A program made the position numbers and the translations under genes. This document shows positions 23,832 through 36,451 of a stretch of DNA of 64,000 bases, one piece after another. Each line of letters begins with the position of its first letter. The first letter of the stretch is position 1. The notes under the pieces are model-generated. The model was not told the DNA's origin, made no database searches, and saw only the letters and a list, made by a program, of their open reading frames with translations. The DNA is from Heterodontus francisci (lineage: Eukaryota), in the NCBI RefSeq assembly GCF_036365525.1, contig NC_090377.1, forward strand, positions 96,713,141-96,777,140. The letters are read 5' to 3'.

Positions 23832-26800
23832 TGTCATAGAGTTATACAGCACAGAAACAGGCCCTTCAGCCCACTGTGTCTGTGCCGGCTATCAAGCCGA
23901 TCTATCCTAATCCCATTTTCCAGCACCTGGCCCGTAGCCTTGTATGCTATGGCGTTTAAATGCTCATCTAAATACTTCTTCAATGTTGTGAGGGGGTTCC
24001 TTCAGGCAGTGTGTTCCAGATTCCAACCACCCTCTGGGTGAAAGAATTTTTCCTCAAATCCCCTCTAAACCTCCTGCTCCTTACCTTAAATCTATGCCCC
24101 CTGGTTATTGACACCAGGGAAAACCTTTCTTCCTATCTACCCTATCTATGCCCCTCATAATTTTCTATACCTCAATCAGGTCCCCCCTCAGCCTTCTCTG
24201 CTCTAAGGAAAACAACCCAAGCTTATCCAGTCTTCTTCATAGCTGAAACGCTCCAGCCCAGGCAACATCCTGGTTAATCTCCTCTGCACCCTCTCCAGTG
24301 CAATCACATCCTTCCTATAGTGTGGCGACCAGAACTGTCCAGTTGTGGCCTAACTAGCGTTTTATACAGCTCCATCATAACCTCCCTGCTCTTATATTCT
24401 ATGCCTCGGCTAATAAAGGCAAGTATCCCATATGCCTTCCTAACCATCTTACCTACCTGTGCTGCTGCCTTCAGTGATCTATGGACAAGTACACCAAGGT
24501 CCCTCTGACACTCTGTACTTCCTATGGTCCTACCATCCATTCGATATTCCCTTGCCTGGTTAGTCCTCCCAAAATGCATCACCTCACACTTATCAGGATT
24601 AAATTCCATTTGCCACTGCTCTGCCCATCTTACCAGCCCATCTAGATCATCCTGTAATCTAAGGCTTTCCTCCTCACTACTTACGACGTCACCAAATTTT
24701 GTGTCATCTGCGAGCTTACTGATCATATGTCCTATATTCACGTTTAAATCATTAATGTACACTACAAGCAGCAAGGGTCCCAGCACCGATCCCTGCGGTA
24801 CACCACTGGTCACAGGCGTCCAATCACAAAAACAACCCTCAACCGTCACTCTCTGCCTCCTGCCACTAATCCTATTTTGGTTCCAATTTGCCAAATTGCC
24901 CTGGGTTCCATGGGCTTCTACCTTCTTGACCAATCTCCCATGCAGGACTTTATCAAAAACCTTAACGAAGTCCATGTAGACTACATCAACTGCTTTACCC
25001 TCATCTACACACCTAGTCACCTCCTCGAAAAATTCAATCAAATTTGTTAGACATGATCTCCCCCTGACAAAGCCATGCTTACTATCCTTGATTAATCCCA
25101 GCCTCTCCAAGTGGAGATTAATACTGTCCCTCAGAATTTTTTTGAATAATTTCCCTACCACTGATGTAGGACTCACTGGCCTGTAATTACCTGGTTTATC
25201 CCTACTACCCATCTTGTATAATGGTACCACATTCGCTGTCGTCCAGTCCTCTGGGACTTCTCCTGTGGCCAGAGAGGTTTTGAAAATTTGTGTTCGAAAC
25301 CCCTGCAATCCCCTCCCTTGTATCACATAGCAGCCTGGTGTACATCTTATCTGGGCCTGGGGAATTATCCACTTTTAAGCCTGCTAAAACCACTAATACC
25401 TGCTCCCTTTCAATGCTAATTTGTTCAAGTATATCACAATCCCCCTCCCTGATCTCTACACCTACATCGTCCTTCTCCATAGTGAACACAAATGAAAAGT
25501 AATCATTTAAAACCTCACCTGCGTCCTCCGGCTCCACACGCAGATTGCCACTTTGGGCCTTAGTGGGCCCTATTCTTTCCCTGGTCATCCTCTTGCCTTT
25601 AATATACTTATAAGACACCTTGGAAATTTCCTTCATCTTGCCCACCAGTGTTTTTTCATGCCCCCTCTTTCCTCTCCTAATTTCTTTTTTTTTTTAACTA
25701 CCCCCCTACACTTTCTATACTCCTCTACGGCCTCCTTTTTATCCTTATCCAATCCTCTATGTCCCTTGACACCCAGGGTTCCCTGGACTTATTAGTCCTA
25801 CCCTTCACCTTTACGGGAACATGATGGCCCTGAACTCTCACTATTTCATTTTTGAATGACTCCCCTGGTCTGATGTAGACTTTCCTACAAGTAGCTGCTC
25901 CCAGTCCAATTTGGCCAGATCCTGTTCTATCTTAGTGAAATCTGCCACCCTCCAATTCAGTACCTTTATTTCCAGTCCACCTTTGTCCTTTTCCATTACC
26001 ATCTTAAATCTTACAGAGTTATGGTCACTATCCCCAAAATGCTCCCCCACTGACACTTCTAGCACTTGTCTGGCTTCATTCCCTGAGATTAGGTCCAGTA
26101 CCGCCCCTTCTCTTGTAGGACTTTCTACGTGCTGGCTCAAAAAGCTCTCCTGGATGCACTTTAAGAATTCCACCCCCTTTGAGCCTTTTGCACTAAGACT
26201 ATCGCAGTTAATATTGGGGAAGTTGAAATCCCCTACTATTGTTACCCTATTATTTTTACACCTCTCTGAGATTTGCCTACATATCTGCTCCTCTATCTCT
26301 CCCCGATTGTTTGGAGGCCTGTAGTACACTCCCAGCAAAGCGATTGCCCCCTTTTTGTTTTTAATTTCTACCCATATGGCCTCATTTGAGGAACCTAAGA
26401 TATCATCCCTCCTTACTCCAGTAATTGACTACTTGATCAATAATGCAATGCCACCTCCTCTTTCACACACACCCCCTGTCACGCCTGAACATTCTATACC
26501 CAGGAATATTAAGCTGCCAGTCCTGCCCTTCTCTCAACCATGTCTGTGATAGCAATAATATCATATTCCCAAGTGTTAATCAATGTGCTCAATCACCTGC
26601 CTTACTTTCAAGACTCCATGCGTTAAAATAGATGCAATCTCGCCTTGCATTATTTGCTTGTGCCTTAACAGGTCTATATTTGCTCTGCCTTCCAGACTGA
26701 CTTAGTTTCTCTTCTATATTTGGCTGTGCATCACCCCCTACTGTACCTCCACTCTGTATCCCATCCCCCTGCCAAATTAGCTTAAACCTCCCGCAACAGC

Positions 26801-27345
26801 ACTAGCAAACCTCCCTGCAAGGATGTTGGTTCCGTTCCGGTTCAGGTGCAACCTGTCTGACTTGTACAGGTCCCACCTTTAACAGAAACAGACCCAGTGA
26901 TCCAGGAAACTAAAGCCCTCCCTCCTGCACCATCTCTTCAGCCACGCATTCCTCTGCTCTATCCTCCTATTTCTATACTCACTAGCACGTGGCACCAGGA
27001 GTAATCCAGAGATTATAACCTTTGAGGTCCTGCTTTTTAAATCTGCTACCTAGCTCCCAAAATTCTTGTTGCAGGACCTCATCCCTCCTTCTAACTATGT
27101 CGTTGGTACGAATGTGAACCACGACCTCCGACTGTTCACCCTCCCCCTTCAGAATGTCCTGCAGCCGCTCCATGACATCCTTGACCCTGGAACCAGGGAG
27201 GCCACATACCATCCTGGGAGTTATGTTTGCAGCCATAGAAGTGCCTATCTGTACCCCTTACGATAGAATCCCGTATCACGATAGCTGTCCTACTCTTTTT
27301 CCTCCCCTTCTGTGCAGCTGAGCCACTGGTGGTGGTGACACAGAC
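23832..27345 (-). mobile_element. Near-full-length CR1 LINE (ORF1 SGNH/esterase part, ORF2 APE + RT, 3' tail), decayed
   Basis: ORF1 IVIRDSIVRG / VVHIRTND; APE GVYYRPP, GDFNFP, SDHN; RT GVPQGSVLGP, KLADD. Confidence 0.92.
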
Positions 27346-27438
27346 TTGGCTCTTGCCAACAAAGTTCTGCAAGATCACAATATCAATTTGGAAAAGCAAA
27401 CCTATTTCCCTTATTTTAACTCTTACCTGGGAAACATA

Positions 27439-28182
27439 GGCTGGAATTTTACGCCACCCTAAGAAGCGGGATGGTGGCGGGGGATAATATAAAACGGAGC
27501 GAGAGGCTCCGGGAGGCTTTCCCGACCCGCTCCTGCCTCTGCTGCCCTTTACGTAGGGCGGGATGGGGGGGTTGGGGTGGGTGCGAAAAATGGCCTGCCT
27601 GCCCCAGGCCAATCAAGGTCCTTAAGTGGCCACTTAATGGCCTTCGCCCGCTTCCATGCAGATTTTACATGTGGCAAGCGGGCGTCCTGGAGCTGGGAAA
27701 AGCCGCCTGGGAAAACCAAGTGGCTGATGACTGTCCTGGGGGGGGGGCCTTGCTCATCGGGCACCTGATGGAGGGTTCAACCCCACTAGCCTAACCACCC
27801 CCAGCACCCAACATGCCTCCCTTCCCCCCAACCAACCATCCTTGCCTTGCTGGGGCCCGACCGATTAACCTCAACGAGGCAACCAAACCTTACCTCTCCT
27901 CCCGGCTCCCAGACATCATCTCTGCATGCTGGACTGCAGTCTATGCAGTGGCCTCTACTCCCAGTGGCGCTGCTGGGACTAAGAGACGCTGGCCCGCTGA
28001 TTGCCCAGCAGCTCAATGAGGTGGACTTTCTCCCTCAAGTGGGTGGAAGGTCCGCCTTGGAACAATTAAAGCCTGGGGACTCGTAAAATACGGAAAGGAT
28101 CCCCAGGGGAGGCGGAAGCGGGTTCACCACCGACTTTTACATCAGAGGCCAGCTCCCATCCACCCACTGTAAAATTCCAGCC
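27439..28182. mobile_element. PIF/Harbinger-type MITE
   Basis: Perfect 14-bp TIR GGCTGGAATTTTAC; 3-bp TSD ATA. Confidence 0.9.
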
Positions 28183-28861
28183 ATAGAATCTAATTCTCAA
28201 CAATAATCAAATGTTTTTGCCTCCACTACTTCAAAGTCCATTCCAAGCAACAAATCACTACATTGGCTTTGCACCATATATATATTAAAAGAACACTCAT
28301 ATCCTGGAGGGCAAAAGCAAGTTTAGCTCCTCCTTAAAGACAGAAAATCGGAAAGTCAGTTCTTGCAAAAAGCAAAATTAAAAGCCACAATGACTGACTG
28401 ACCAACAGGATTGGCACAAATAGAAGTAGCGATCATAGAAAAGGATCAATCTGAACACAAACTGGCTCTTGGAAGTGACTTTGATAGAAGACCATATTAA
28501 CGAATTGTACCATAATGTTCTTTTATAAGCAATGCTTAAGTATCTGTTTAAGAACAGGTTTGAAAGGTGCAACAATAAGGATAAATACAGAGAGTCAAAT
28601 AATCTGGAATACAATGAATCCTATTACACTGGGGCCACAGAAATGTAATTTGTGGAATGTGAAGTGATCAGTTTTGAATAACATGGATTATATTGTCAGA
28701 CTGAAATTCTAGAGTTTTGCTAGTTAACGCACGGAGCTAGGGAAGAAAATAATTCACTTGGAAGTTTTATCACAGTCAGTCCCCTCTTAAGATTAAATGT
28801 TCTGGATAGAATTCACTATGAAGACTGTATAAGGTACCAAATGGCCTTTTCTAGTTCTTAC

Positions 28862-28944
28862 TTTGCTACATGCCAAGTGAAGAGCTGTATTCTTGTTGGT
28901 GTCTTTTAAAGTTAAGTCAGCCTTTGCACTGTTTACCAAGATCT
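28862..28944 (-). CDS. ANKRD44: ANKRD44 exon EILVNSAKADLTLKDTNKNTALHLACSK
   Basis: TTTCAG|AG acceptor, AAA|GTAAG donor; 83 nt, phase 1/0. Confidence 0.95.
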
Positions 28945-29984
28945 CTGAAATGGAAAAATGGTGAAAAAAACACTGGTTATAAAAGTATGGATAAAACTCC
29001 AATTGCAGCACAGACATCACATTAAAAATTCAAGCTATCAAAATTCAGTGGAACTGGTGATTTGAGAGATGGATAGAAACCTGCATGCCCTTTACTTTTT
29101 TGGTTTCAGTGTCCACCAAGCATTTGTCACATTATTAACAATAATAGGGACCAATGTTAACAACATGTTTTGTTTGGTAGGTGCCCCTCTAATTCTTTGG
29201 TCCACTTTAACTGAACAGTACAAGACTCTCAATATGGATATTTTCTGTGCGTGTTTTTTTTAAAGTAAATTTAAAGAGGCATACTTACCACACATAGCAT
29301 TTGCAATGGCATTTTCCGTCAACAGAAATTGCTAGATTTCCTGTTTATAAATAACATTTCTAAAATGTCTGGTTCTCTTTTTTATGTTTTAGTTTTCAGT
29401 TTTTTTCAAATATCTACAAATTTGGTTCTTCCTTCATCTTATAATAACTATCGTTTTGTTCTGCTATTCCAATTTGCCAGCAAGTCCACAGGATGCTTGG
29501 AGTTGATATTAGATGTTTAACAGCAAGTTTAGCTGATCAAGAGTGGAGTTGACTGAACATAGGGATTTAACATGGTATTTGACTTTCACCAATAAGAATC
29601 TAGCCACACTAGAATTCTGATTGCAAGTGTCAAATTTAAAATTAAATAGTTTGAATTTATAAAATATAATTTAAAAATTTTGCAGATAAGCCACTTGCCT
29701 CGAGTTTTCATATTGTGTTCCCTCCTCAATTATCAATGTATTTTGTGCAGCAATGAGAATTTTCAAGTACCTTGCAATGCAATTACTTAAAAAAAAAATT
29801 ATATTCATTGTATTGCTTCTCTTTTGGAATAGACAGTCTAAATGCAAGAAAATCAAAAATTTAAGACACTGTTATATATGAGCTAACACTTCACAGCAAT
29901 CTGCTGCGACTTAAAGCTCTCAAATAGTACATCAGATCACCATCACTGGAAATTTACGATGGAAGATCAGCAACCTGAAATGTT

Positions 29985-32900
29985 GGGCTGAATTTTAACT
30001 CTTGGACCTGCTTGCAGTGGGGACGTCAGCAGAAGGTCAGGAATCCGAATGCTGGTGGAGTGGCTCTTTCCATGGCTCTTTAACTGAGCCATGGTATTAC
30101 CATCTCACTTCCAGAGATCCTGACCAATCAGAATGTGTGGGTGTGATCAAGATCTGCACTTGACTGTTCAAGCTTCAGTATTTAAGGGGATCCTGGCAAG
30201 GGACAGAATGGAAGCATTCTACAACTGGCAACTGAGAGACAACATCTGGAGTGATGGAGTCTCAGGATGGAAGGCTGCACCCCCGTTCTCTGAAACATCC
30301 CCGGAGATCATGCTGTGGCCTATAAGGGTATGCAGAGAAATTTTGTTCCAGCAGACTGAAAGAGGAAGCTTGGCTCTGAAAGCAATTAGGTGTGGCTCAG
30401 GTGGTGGGCAGCAGCAGTGTGGTCCCTCACTCATGAATAAAGTGCTGCAACAGTTTAATGACCTCAAAAGGGAAGGAAAGGTGAGTGGCATGCCACATTC
30501 AAGTGTTCACTCTGACTTCCCCAGCCTTATTCTGCACATCACTCCTCAGACCAACACACCTTGCATTCCTCTCTCTCAGGCACATCCTCACCTCCTTTTC
30601 TCATCAGCCACTGACAGCCACCTTCATCTTGACACTTTCTCACATCCAGCCCTCACAGTCACCCTCCACAAATGTTGTCATTCCATTCTCTCAACACATT
30701 TCATTTCTCACACCCATAACTCTTTTCTTTATCTACTTGCAGAAAAGATGCAGAACACCAGGGAGAGGCAGAGAATTGGGGTTGCCCTCCAGTCATAGCC
30801 ACCGTGACAGCAGTGGAGGACATAACACTGGAGATAAGCAAAGTCTTGGAATGCATGGCCATTTGCGATGGACAGATGAGGGACATCACAGCCACACGGC
30901 GTACCAGAGTCACTCGCTTTGACTTGATGCCAGCCGCCCACTGAAATACACTTTTATCTTGTCAGTTCGAATTCATGTATTTCTTCTCCCCAAACACCTG
31001 CAAGCATTCCTCTGGAGCTGGTGTTGGAGGAGGAAGACGCCTTAAAGGAGGTTGTGTACTCTGTGGAAGCACCGTCACATGACTGATGCGTACCCTCCAC
31101 CAACTCAAATACACACACCTTGGTAGGACCTCCAAGACAAGTAGTAGGGTTGTCACATGGTAAGCCACACATCAGAAGTGAGCAGGAGCAGCAGGGGAGA
31201 GTCCCCATCGGAGGGCGCAGGGCACGACAAGCACTGCTCAGCAGGACACAGATGCTCATCCTTGGTGGTCATCAACAAAGAGGACTATTCTGGAGCAACA
31301 GCAGACACTATATGAGGTTCTGTTAGCATTTCCAGAGAGAGAGATTGCAGGAGTCCATCTCCACCATGAATACCACGATGTCTAAAGTATTTGTGCTGAA
31401 GTGATGACCTGCATGGAGCATCAGACGTGGTAGGTAACCGGGTGCATGCTAGCCCTGACCAATGGCCTGCACACACTGTCTGCCACTTTAAATATCATGC
31501 AGCAAAGCCTCACCTTGGCCATTAAGCGCCTGACTGAAGTGCTCTTCAGCTCTTGGCTGGCAGGAAAATGCAGGTGGTCAGTGAGAGGGAAGATGGAGAA
31601 ATGGCACATGGAAGAGTCAAAGTCATACAGCACAGAAACAGGCCCTTCAGCCCACAGTGTCATAGAAACATAGAAAAGAGGAGCAGGAGTAGGCCATTCG
31701 GCCCTTCGAGCCTGCACCGCCATTCAATACGATCATGGCTGATCATCCAAACTCAGTACTCTGTTCCCGCTTTCTCCCCATATCCCTTGATTCCTTTAGC
31801 CCCAAGAACTTTTTCTAACTCTTGCTTGAATATATTTAATGATTTGGCCTCAACTGCTTTCTGTGGTAGAAAATTCCACAGGTTCACCACTCTCTGGGTG
31901 AAGAAATCCCTCCTCATCTCAGTCCTAAATGGCTTACCCCTTATCCTTAGATTGTGACCCCTTGTCCTGGACTGCCCCGCCATCGGGAACATTCTTCCTG
32001 CATCTAGTCTGTCCAGTCCTGTTAGAATTTAGTAGGTTTCTATGAGATCCCCTCTATGAGATGCTGGCCATCAAGCCTATCTATTCTAATCTCATTTTCC
32101 AGCACTTAGCCCGTAGCCTTATATGCCATGGCGTTTCAAGTGCTCATCTAAATACTTCTTAAATGTTGTGAGGGTTCCTGCCTCTACCATCCCTTCAGGC
32201 AGTTTTCCAGATTCCAACCACCCTCTGGGTGAAAATTTTTTCCTCAAATCCTCTCTAAACCTCTCGCCCCTTACCTTACATCTATGTCCGCTAGTTATTG
32301 ACACCTCGGCTAAGGGAAAACCTTTCTTCCTATCTACCCTATCTATGCCCCCCATAATTTTGTATACCTCAATCAGGTCCCCCCTCAGCCTTCTCTGCTC
32401 TAAGGAAAACAACCCTAGACTATCCAATCTCTCTTCATAGCTGAAATGCTCCAGCTCAGGCAACATCCTGGTTAATCTCCTCTGCACCCTCTCCAGTGCA
32501 ATCACATCCTTTCTATAGTGTGGCGACCAGAACTGTAGACAGTACTCCAACTGTGGCCTAACTAGCATTTTGTACAGCTCCATCATAACCTGCCTGCTCT
32601 TATATGCTATGCCTTGGCTAATAAAGGTATCCCATATGCCTTCCTAACCATCTTACCTACCTGTGCTGCTGCCTTCAGTGACCTATGGACAAGTACACCA
32701 AGGTCCCTCTGACACACTGTACTTCCTATTGTCCTACCATCCATTGTATATGGGAACTCCGCTCAAAGCACACCCACTCTTTCCCACCCCTCCCCTCTTA
32801 CCCGCGTCCTTCAGTCAGAGTTCCACATACCACTTCCTGTCCCGATGGTAGAGTCAGCCCCTATATAGGTGCAGGCAGGGCAGTCTTTGTGAGGCCCTCA

Positions 32901-34783
32901 GGGGCCCCTAAACCCAGAGGACGTTGGCCACGAGCAACTGAGCAGTCACAACAGGGGTAAGAGCAGTGTTCCTCTAGCTCTGCTGAAGCTAAAGGGGTAG
33001 CGCCATATAGGAGTAATAGGAACAAGAGGAGAAAGCCTTGCGCAAAATGGGGTATGAAGACGAGCAATGGGCGTCAGAGAGGGATGGATTGTTGACTGTG
33101 GAGCTGCTTTGTGCTGGGGCTTGGCACAGTAGGGTTCAGAACTGGTGTACCAGATGGCTACACTGCCTCTGTTCAGCTGAAGCATACCTTAAATGAGTCT
33201 GTCTTGTGCATCCCTAGCAGCTAAGTTTACTGCTGCACATCAGGCTACTCCCATTGCTCCTCCTCTGAAGATGCAGATCAGTTCTCACCTTCCTTCTCCT
33301 GTAGCTCTAGTCCTTTCTGTTGCGCTACGTTGTGCAAGGCACAGCAGACCACTATCATTCTGAACACCCTTGCTGAGGCATACTGAACAATGCTCCCAGA
33401 TCTGTCCAGGCACCTGAATCGCATCTTCAACAACCCAATGGTTTGCTCCATGACCGCTCATGGCTCCAGCTATACCCTTTCTCTGTAACAGCAGGAGGGC
33501 TCCTCACAGGTGCTATCAGCCACATCCACAGAGGGTAGCCCTCATCTCCAAGGAGTGATCCACTGACTCTGCTTGGAGGTGCCAAGATCTATGGCAGATT
33601 TGACCGGTGCACAATGAAGGCATAATGGCAGCCTCCTGGGTATCATGTGCAGACATGCATAATAATCTTGGAGTGGTTACATACCAGCTTAACATTAATG
33701 GAGTGGAATTCCTCTCGATTGATGAATACTGCTGGTTGATCTGAGGGTGCCTTGATGGTCACATTTGTGCAGTCTATGACTCCCTATACCTGTGTGAATC
33801 CAGCCAGAGCAGCAAATCAGAGGGTCCACTCATTCTAACTGACCTCACAGGAGCGAAGCGGACGCAAGTGGCAGCGTCAGCAAATATGGCATTGGTCACC
33901 TGGGAGATGCACTTGTATGCAGCAGATTGAGAGATTCTGCAGATGTTACCAGCAGATCCCTGGAAAGAGCCAGAAGCAAAGAAATTCAGGGCTGCGGTGA
34001 CCTTGACCAGTATGAGCAATGTGTGCCCAGATAGTCTACTTGAAAGGAGGTCTTGTTCCAGAAGGTTGCAAATGTTACCAACGTCCTGCCATTGTCTGTT
34101 ACCAATGTCTGAGCCTCCTGAAGCACTGATGCTTAGCTATGTCCAGGAAGCTCATCCTCTGCCTCTATAACCTTGTGTGTTGGGTGTATTGCTGCCTGCA
34201 AGCTGGAGCACTGTGTTCATCCCCACTGTACTATGAAATGGCAGGTGGCTGTGGAGAAGGCTGCTTCTGATGGTGTTGCTGGAGTTGCAGAAGTGGCTTC
34301 CATGCTGTTGAGAAGGCTGACAGGTGGGAAGTGCAGATCAAAATCAAAAAAATCCAAGATAGCAGAAATGACATCCAAAATCTAGGAAATCCCCTCCAAA
34401 GCAGTGAAAGCACACTCTCAGAAGCAGTTTTGTGAGCAAAAGCCTTTCACTTAAGCAAAGAAGCAACTAATTCCAATCCCCGTTGTCCTCTCACATTTGT
34501 TCAACCTGGTGAGTTTCAGACAGCCTGGGAAATCCGTGCACTGGCAGTTAAAGCCAGAAATCAAAGTTAAAGACGTGGTCAATTGACTTTATCATATGTT
34601 AACTGCAGACCCGCCTGTCCCATCAGGGTTTCCTGCACACTAACATACGTGCACGAGATTATACGAGTCAATTGCAGAAGTCAGTGGGTTCCTGCTGGCT
34701 TCTTGACACGTCGTCATTTTTTGCTTCTTTAACCTCCCACACTCACTGACACCAGCTCAAGGTGGCAAGTTAAAATTCAGCCC
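29985..34783. mobile_element. Decayed autonomous PIF/Harbinger transposon 1
   Basis: Perfect 16-bp TIR GGGCTGAATTTTAACT; flanks GTT/ATT (3-bp TSD with CpG decay); Myb/SANT-like remnant on + (~30265-31500) converging on a DDE transposase on - (~33230-34170, VKVTAALNFFASGSFQ). Confidence 0.9.
31620..32750 (-). mobile_element. Two nested CR1 3' fragments inside Harbinger 1
   Basis: RT C-terminus LVRPQLEYCLQFWSPH; second tail (31660-32063) inserted in the first; outer copy closely matches 23832-24545. Confidence 0.88.
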
Positions 34784-35452
34784 ATTAACTCTCTTTAGAT
34801 GCTGCCTGGCCTGCTGAGTGTCGAGAATTTTCTACTTTTATTACTATAAATTTATTCTATGTTCTTTACATTTTTGCCCGCTCTGCAAGCTACACAGCGT
34901 TTCATATCCTCATTCAATGTCACTCCTCTAATCACTTCTCAATGTTCCATTTTTTTTCATTTTGGGAAACATTTTGCCTCCAATTTACAGCCCAGCTGAA
35001 TTTGAGATCAAGTTCACAAATCTCCACTTAACCAACTTCAATGCAAATGGAATAATTAATCATTGAAGTAGTATCAATAGGGTAATAACAAGTAGCATTT
35101 TGAAAATGACAACACACCAGCATACTGGGAGCTACAACATACTTGTGTGAAATAAAGTCAGGAGTATCTTGAATAAATATTATACATTTTCCTAGAAATT
35201 CTGTCTTACCTATGGAGGGAGGGGAAAAGGTTAATACTAAACGAGAACAACTGACATTGAAAACAGAGTTCACTCCCACATCACGTGGGTTCTGACCCCA
35301 CATGTAATGGCTTGGACAATGCGACATATTTATAGTCTTGACAATTCAAGGGCACTTTTGGGCAGAAATGCTTTTACAGAGGTAAACAATTTTATTTTCT
35401 GCTTTACCACTAAAACTGTTTTGGAAAGCAGAAAAAAGTCAAGATTACATAC

Positions 35453-35598
35453 CTACAGCTCCACACTGTCCATTTTCGGCTGCCATCATTAATGGAGTTT
35501 TCCCTGACTTATCAACGGGATTCACTTGTGCGTTATGACTTAACAGTAACTGCAGACACTCCACATGGTCTGTAAAAGCAGCTGCATGAAGTGGGGTT
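35453..35598 (-). CDS. ANKRD44: ANKRD44 exon [19 protein letters not shown]...GQCGAV
   Basis: TTTTAG|A acceptor, G|GTATG donor; 146 nt, phase 2/1. Confidence 0.95.
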
Positions 35599-35934
35599 CT
35601 AAAAATACAATCCCAGACCAAGTTATTTTCAACATGTATTGTCTTTTGTAATTTAATCACAAAAGTTCCAATGAACAAAATCAGTCAGAGCAACAGTGCC
35701 ATTTAGACCATGTCTTGTCCAATCATATGTGCTAACCAGTTAATGTTTTGGACGCTGTCCATTTGCCTGGACTTGCGATTGAGAAATCAGCGCCATTTGT
35801 GGTTCACCCCTTAGCCTCTAATCAGTCTCCCACTCACAACTGTTCATTCCCCTTAAAGCTGGAGGAAGTTAGTACAGGGACTGGAATTCTTCTAATTTAA
35901 AGGCACACAATGTCAGGATCAACGACTCCATCTC

Positions 35935-36265
35935 AGCCAGATGCTATATAAAAATCCTTCCACTCTGTACCAACAAGATGCCTCAGCTCCAACCTTATTC
36001 AGAAGTAACCCTTACTGCATCAGTGTGATATTTTTTCTCACTTCCACCAACAGCCATCCTATGGCCTCTCTTAAGAGATCAATTTGTGCTAGTTTTATGT
36101 TGTGGGCCAATGTCCACAAGGAACTTGATTGAGACTCAAACTCATTCCACAAACAGCTCTTACAGCTTGCAGACAGAACAGATTTTTGTCTCATTAGACT
36201 GGACTGCATTTGAACCCAGGTCCAGAGGTATAAAACTAATGCCGCCATCCAGTTTCCCTCAACTC
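35935..36265 (-). mobile_element. LF-SINE-like ancient SINE
   Basis: Minus strand reads 'acctctggacctgggttcaaatgcagtccag' and 'tgtggaatgagtttgagtctcaatcaagttccttgtggaca...ccacaacataaaac', matching the LF-SINE consensus as recalled. Confidence 0.65.
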
Positions 36266-36451
36266 AAATACTTTTAAGCCATTTTCAGAGCTTTGGATAT
36301 ATGATTGGAAGCACCAGGGCACAGTTACAGTACAAATTAGAATTTGAAAAGCAACATTCAAAAAACATTCAATATCCTAAAACAAAAACATAACAGTTGA
36401 ACAGCAACGCCATCCTTATTGCCAAGAATCAACACCATTCTTCTTGCCTTC

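Noticed and set aside
30133-30798. Novel 221-aa protein ORF
   Set aside because: Frameshifted Harbinger Myb-like exon reading through into probable intron sequence
33230-34170. Domesticated HARBI1-like host gene
   Set aside because: It has stops and frameshifts and lies between TIRs, so it is a decayed transposase
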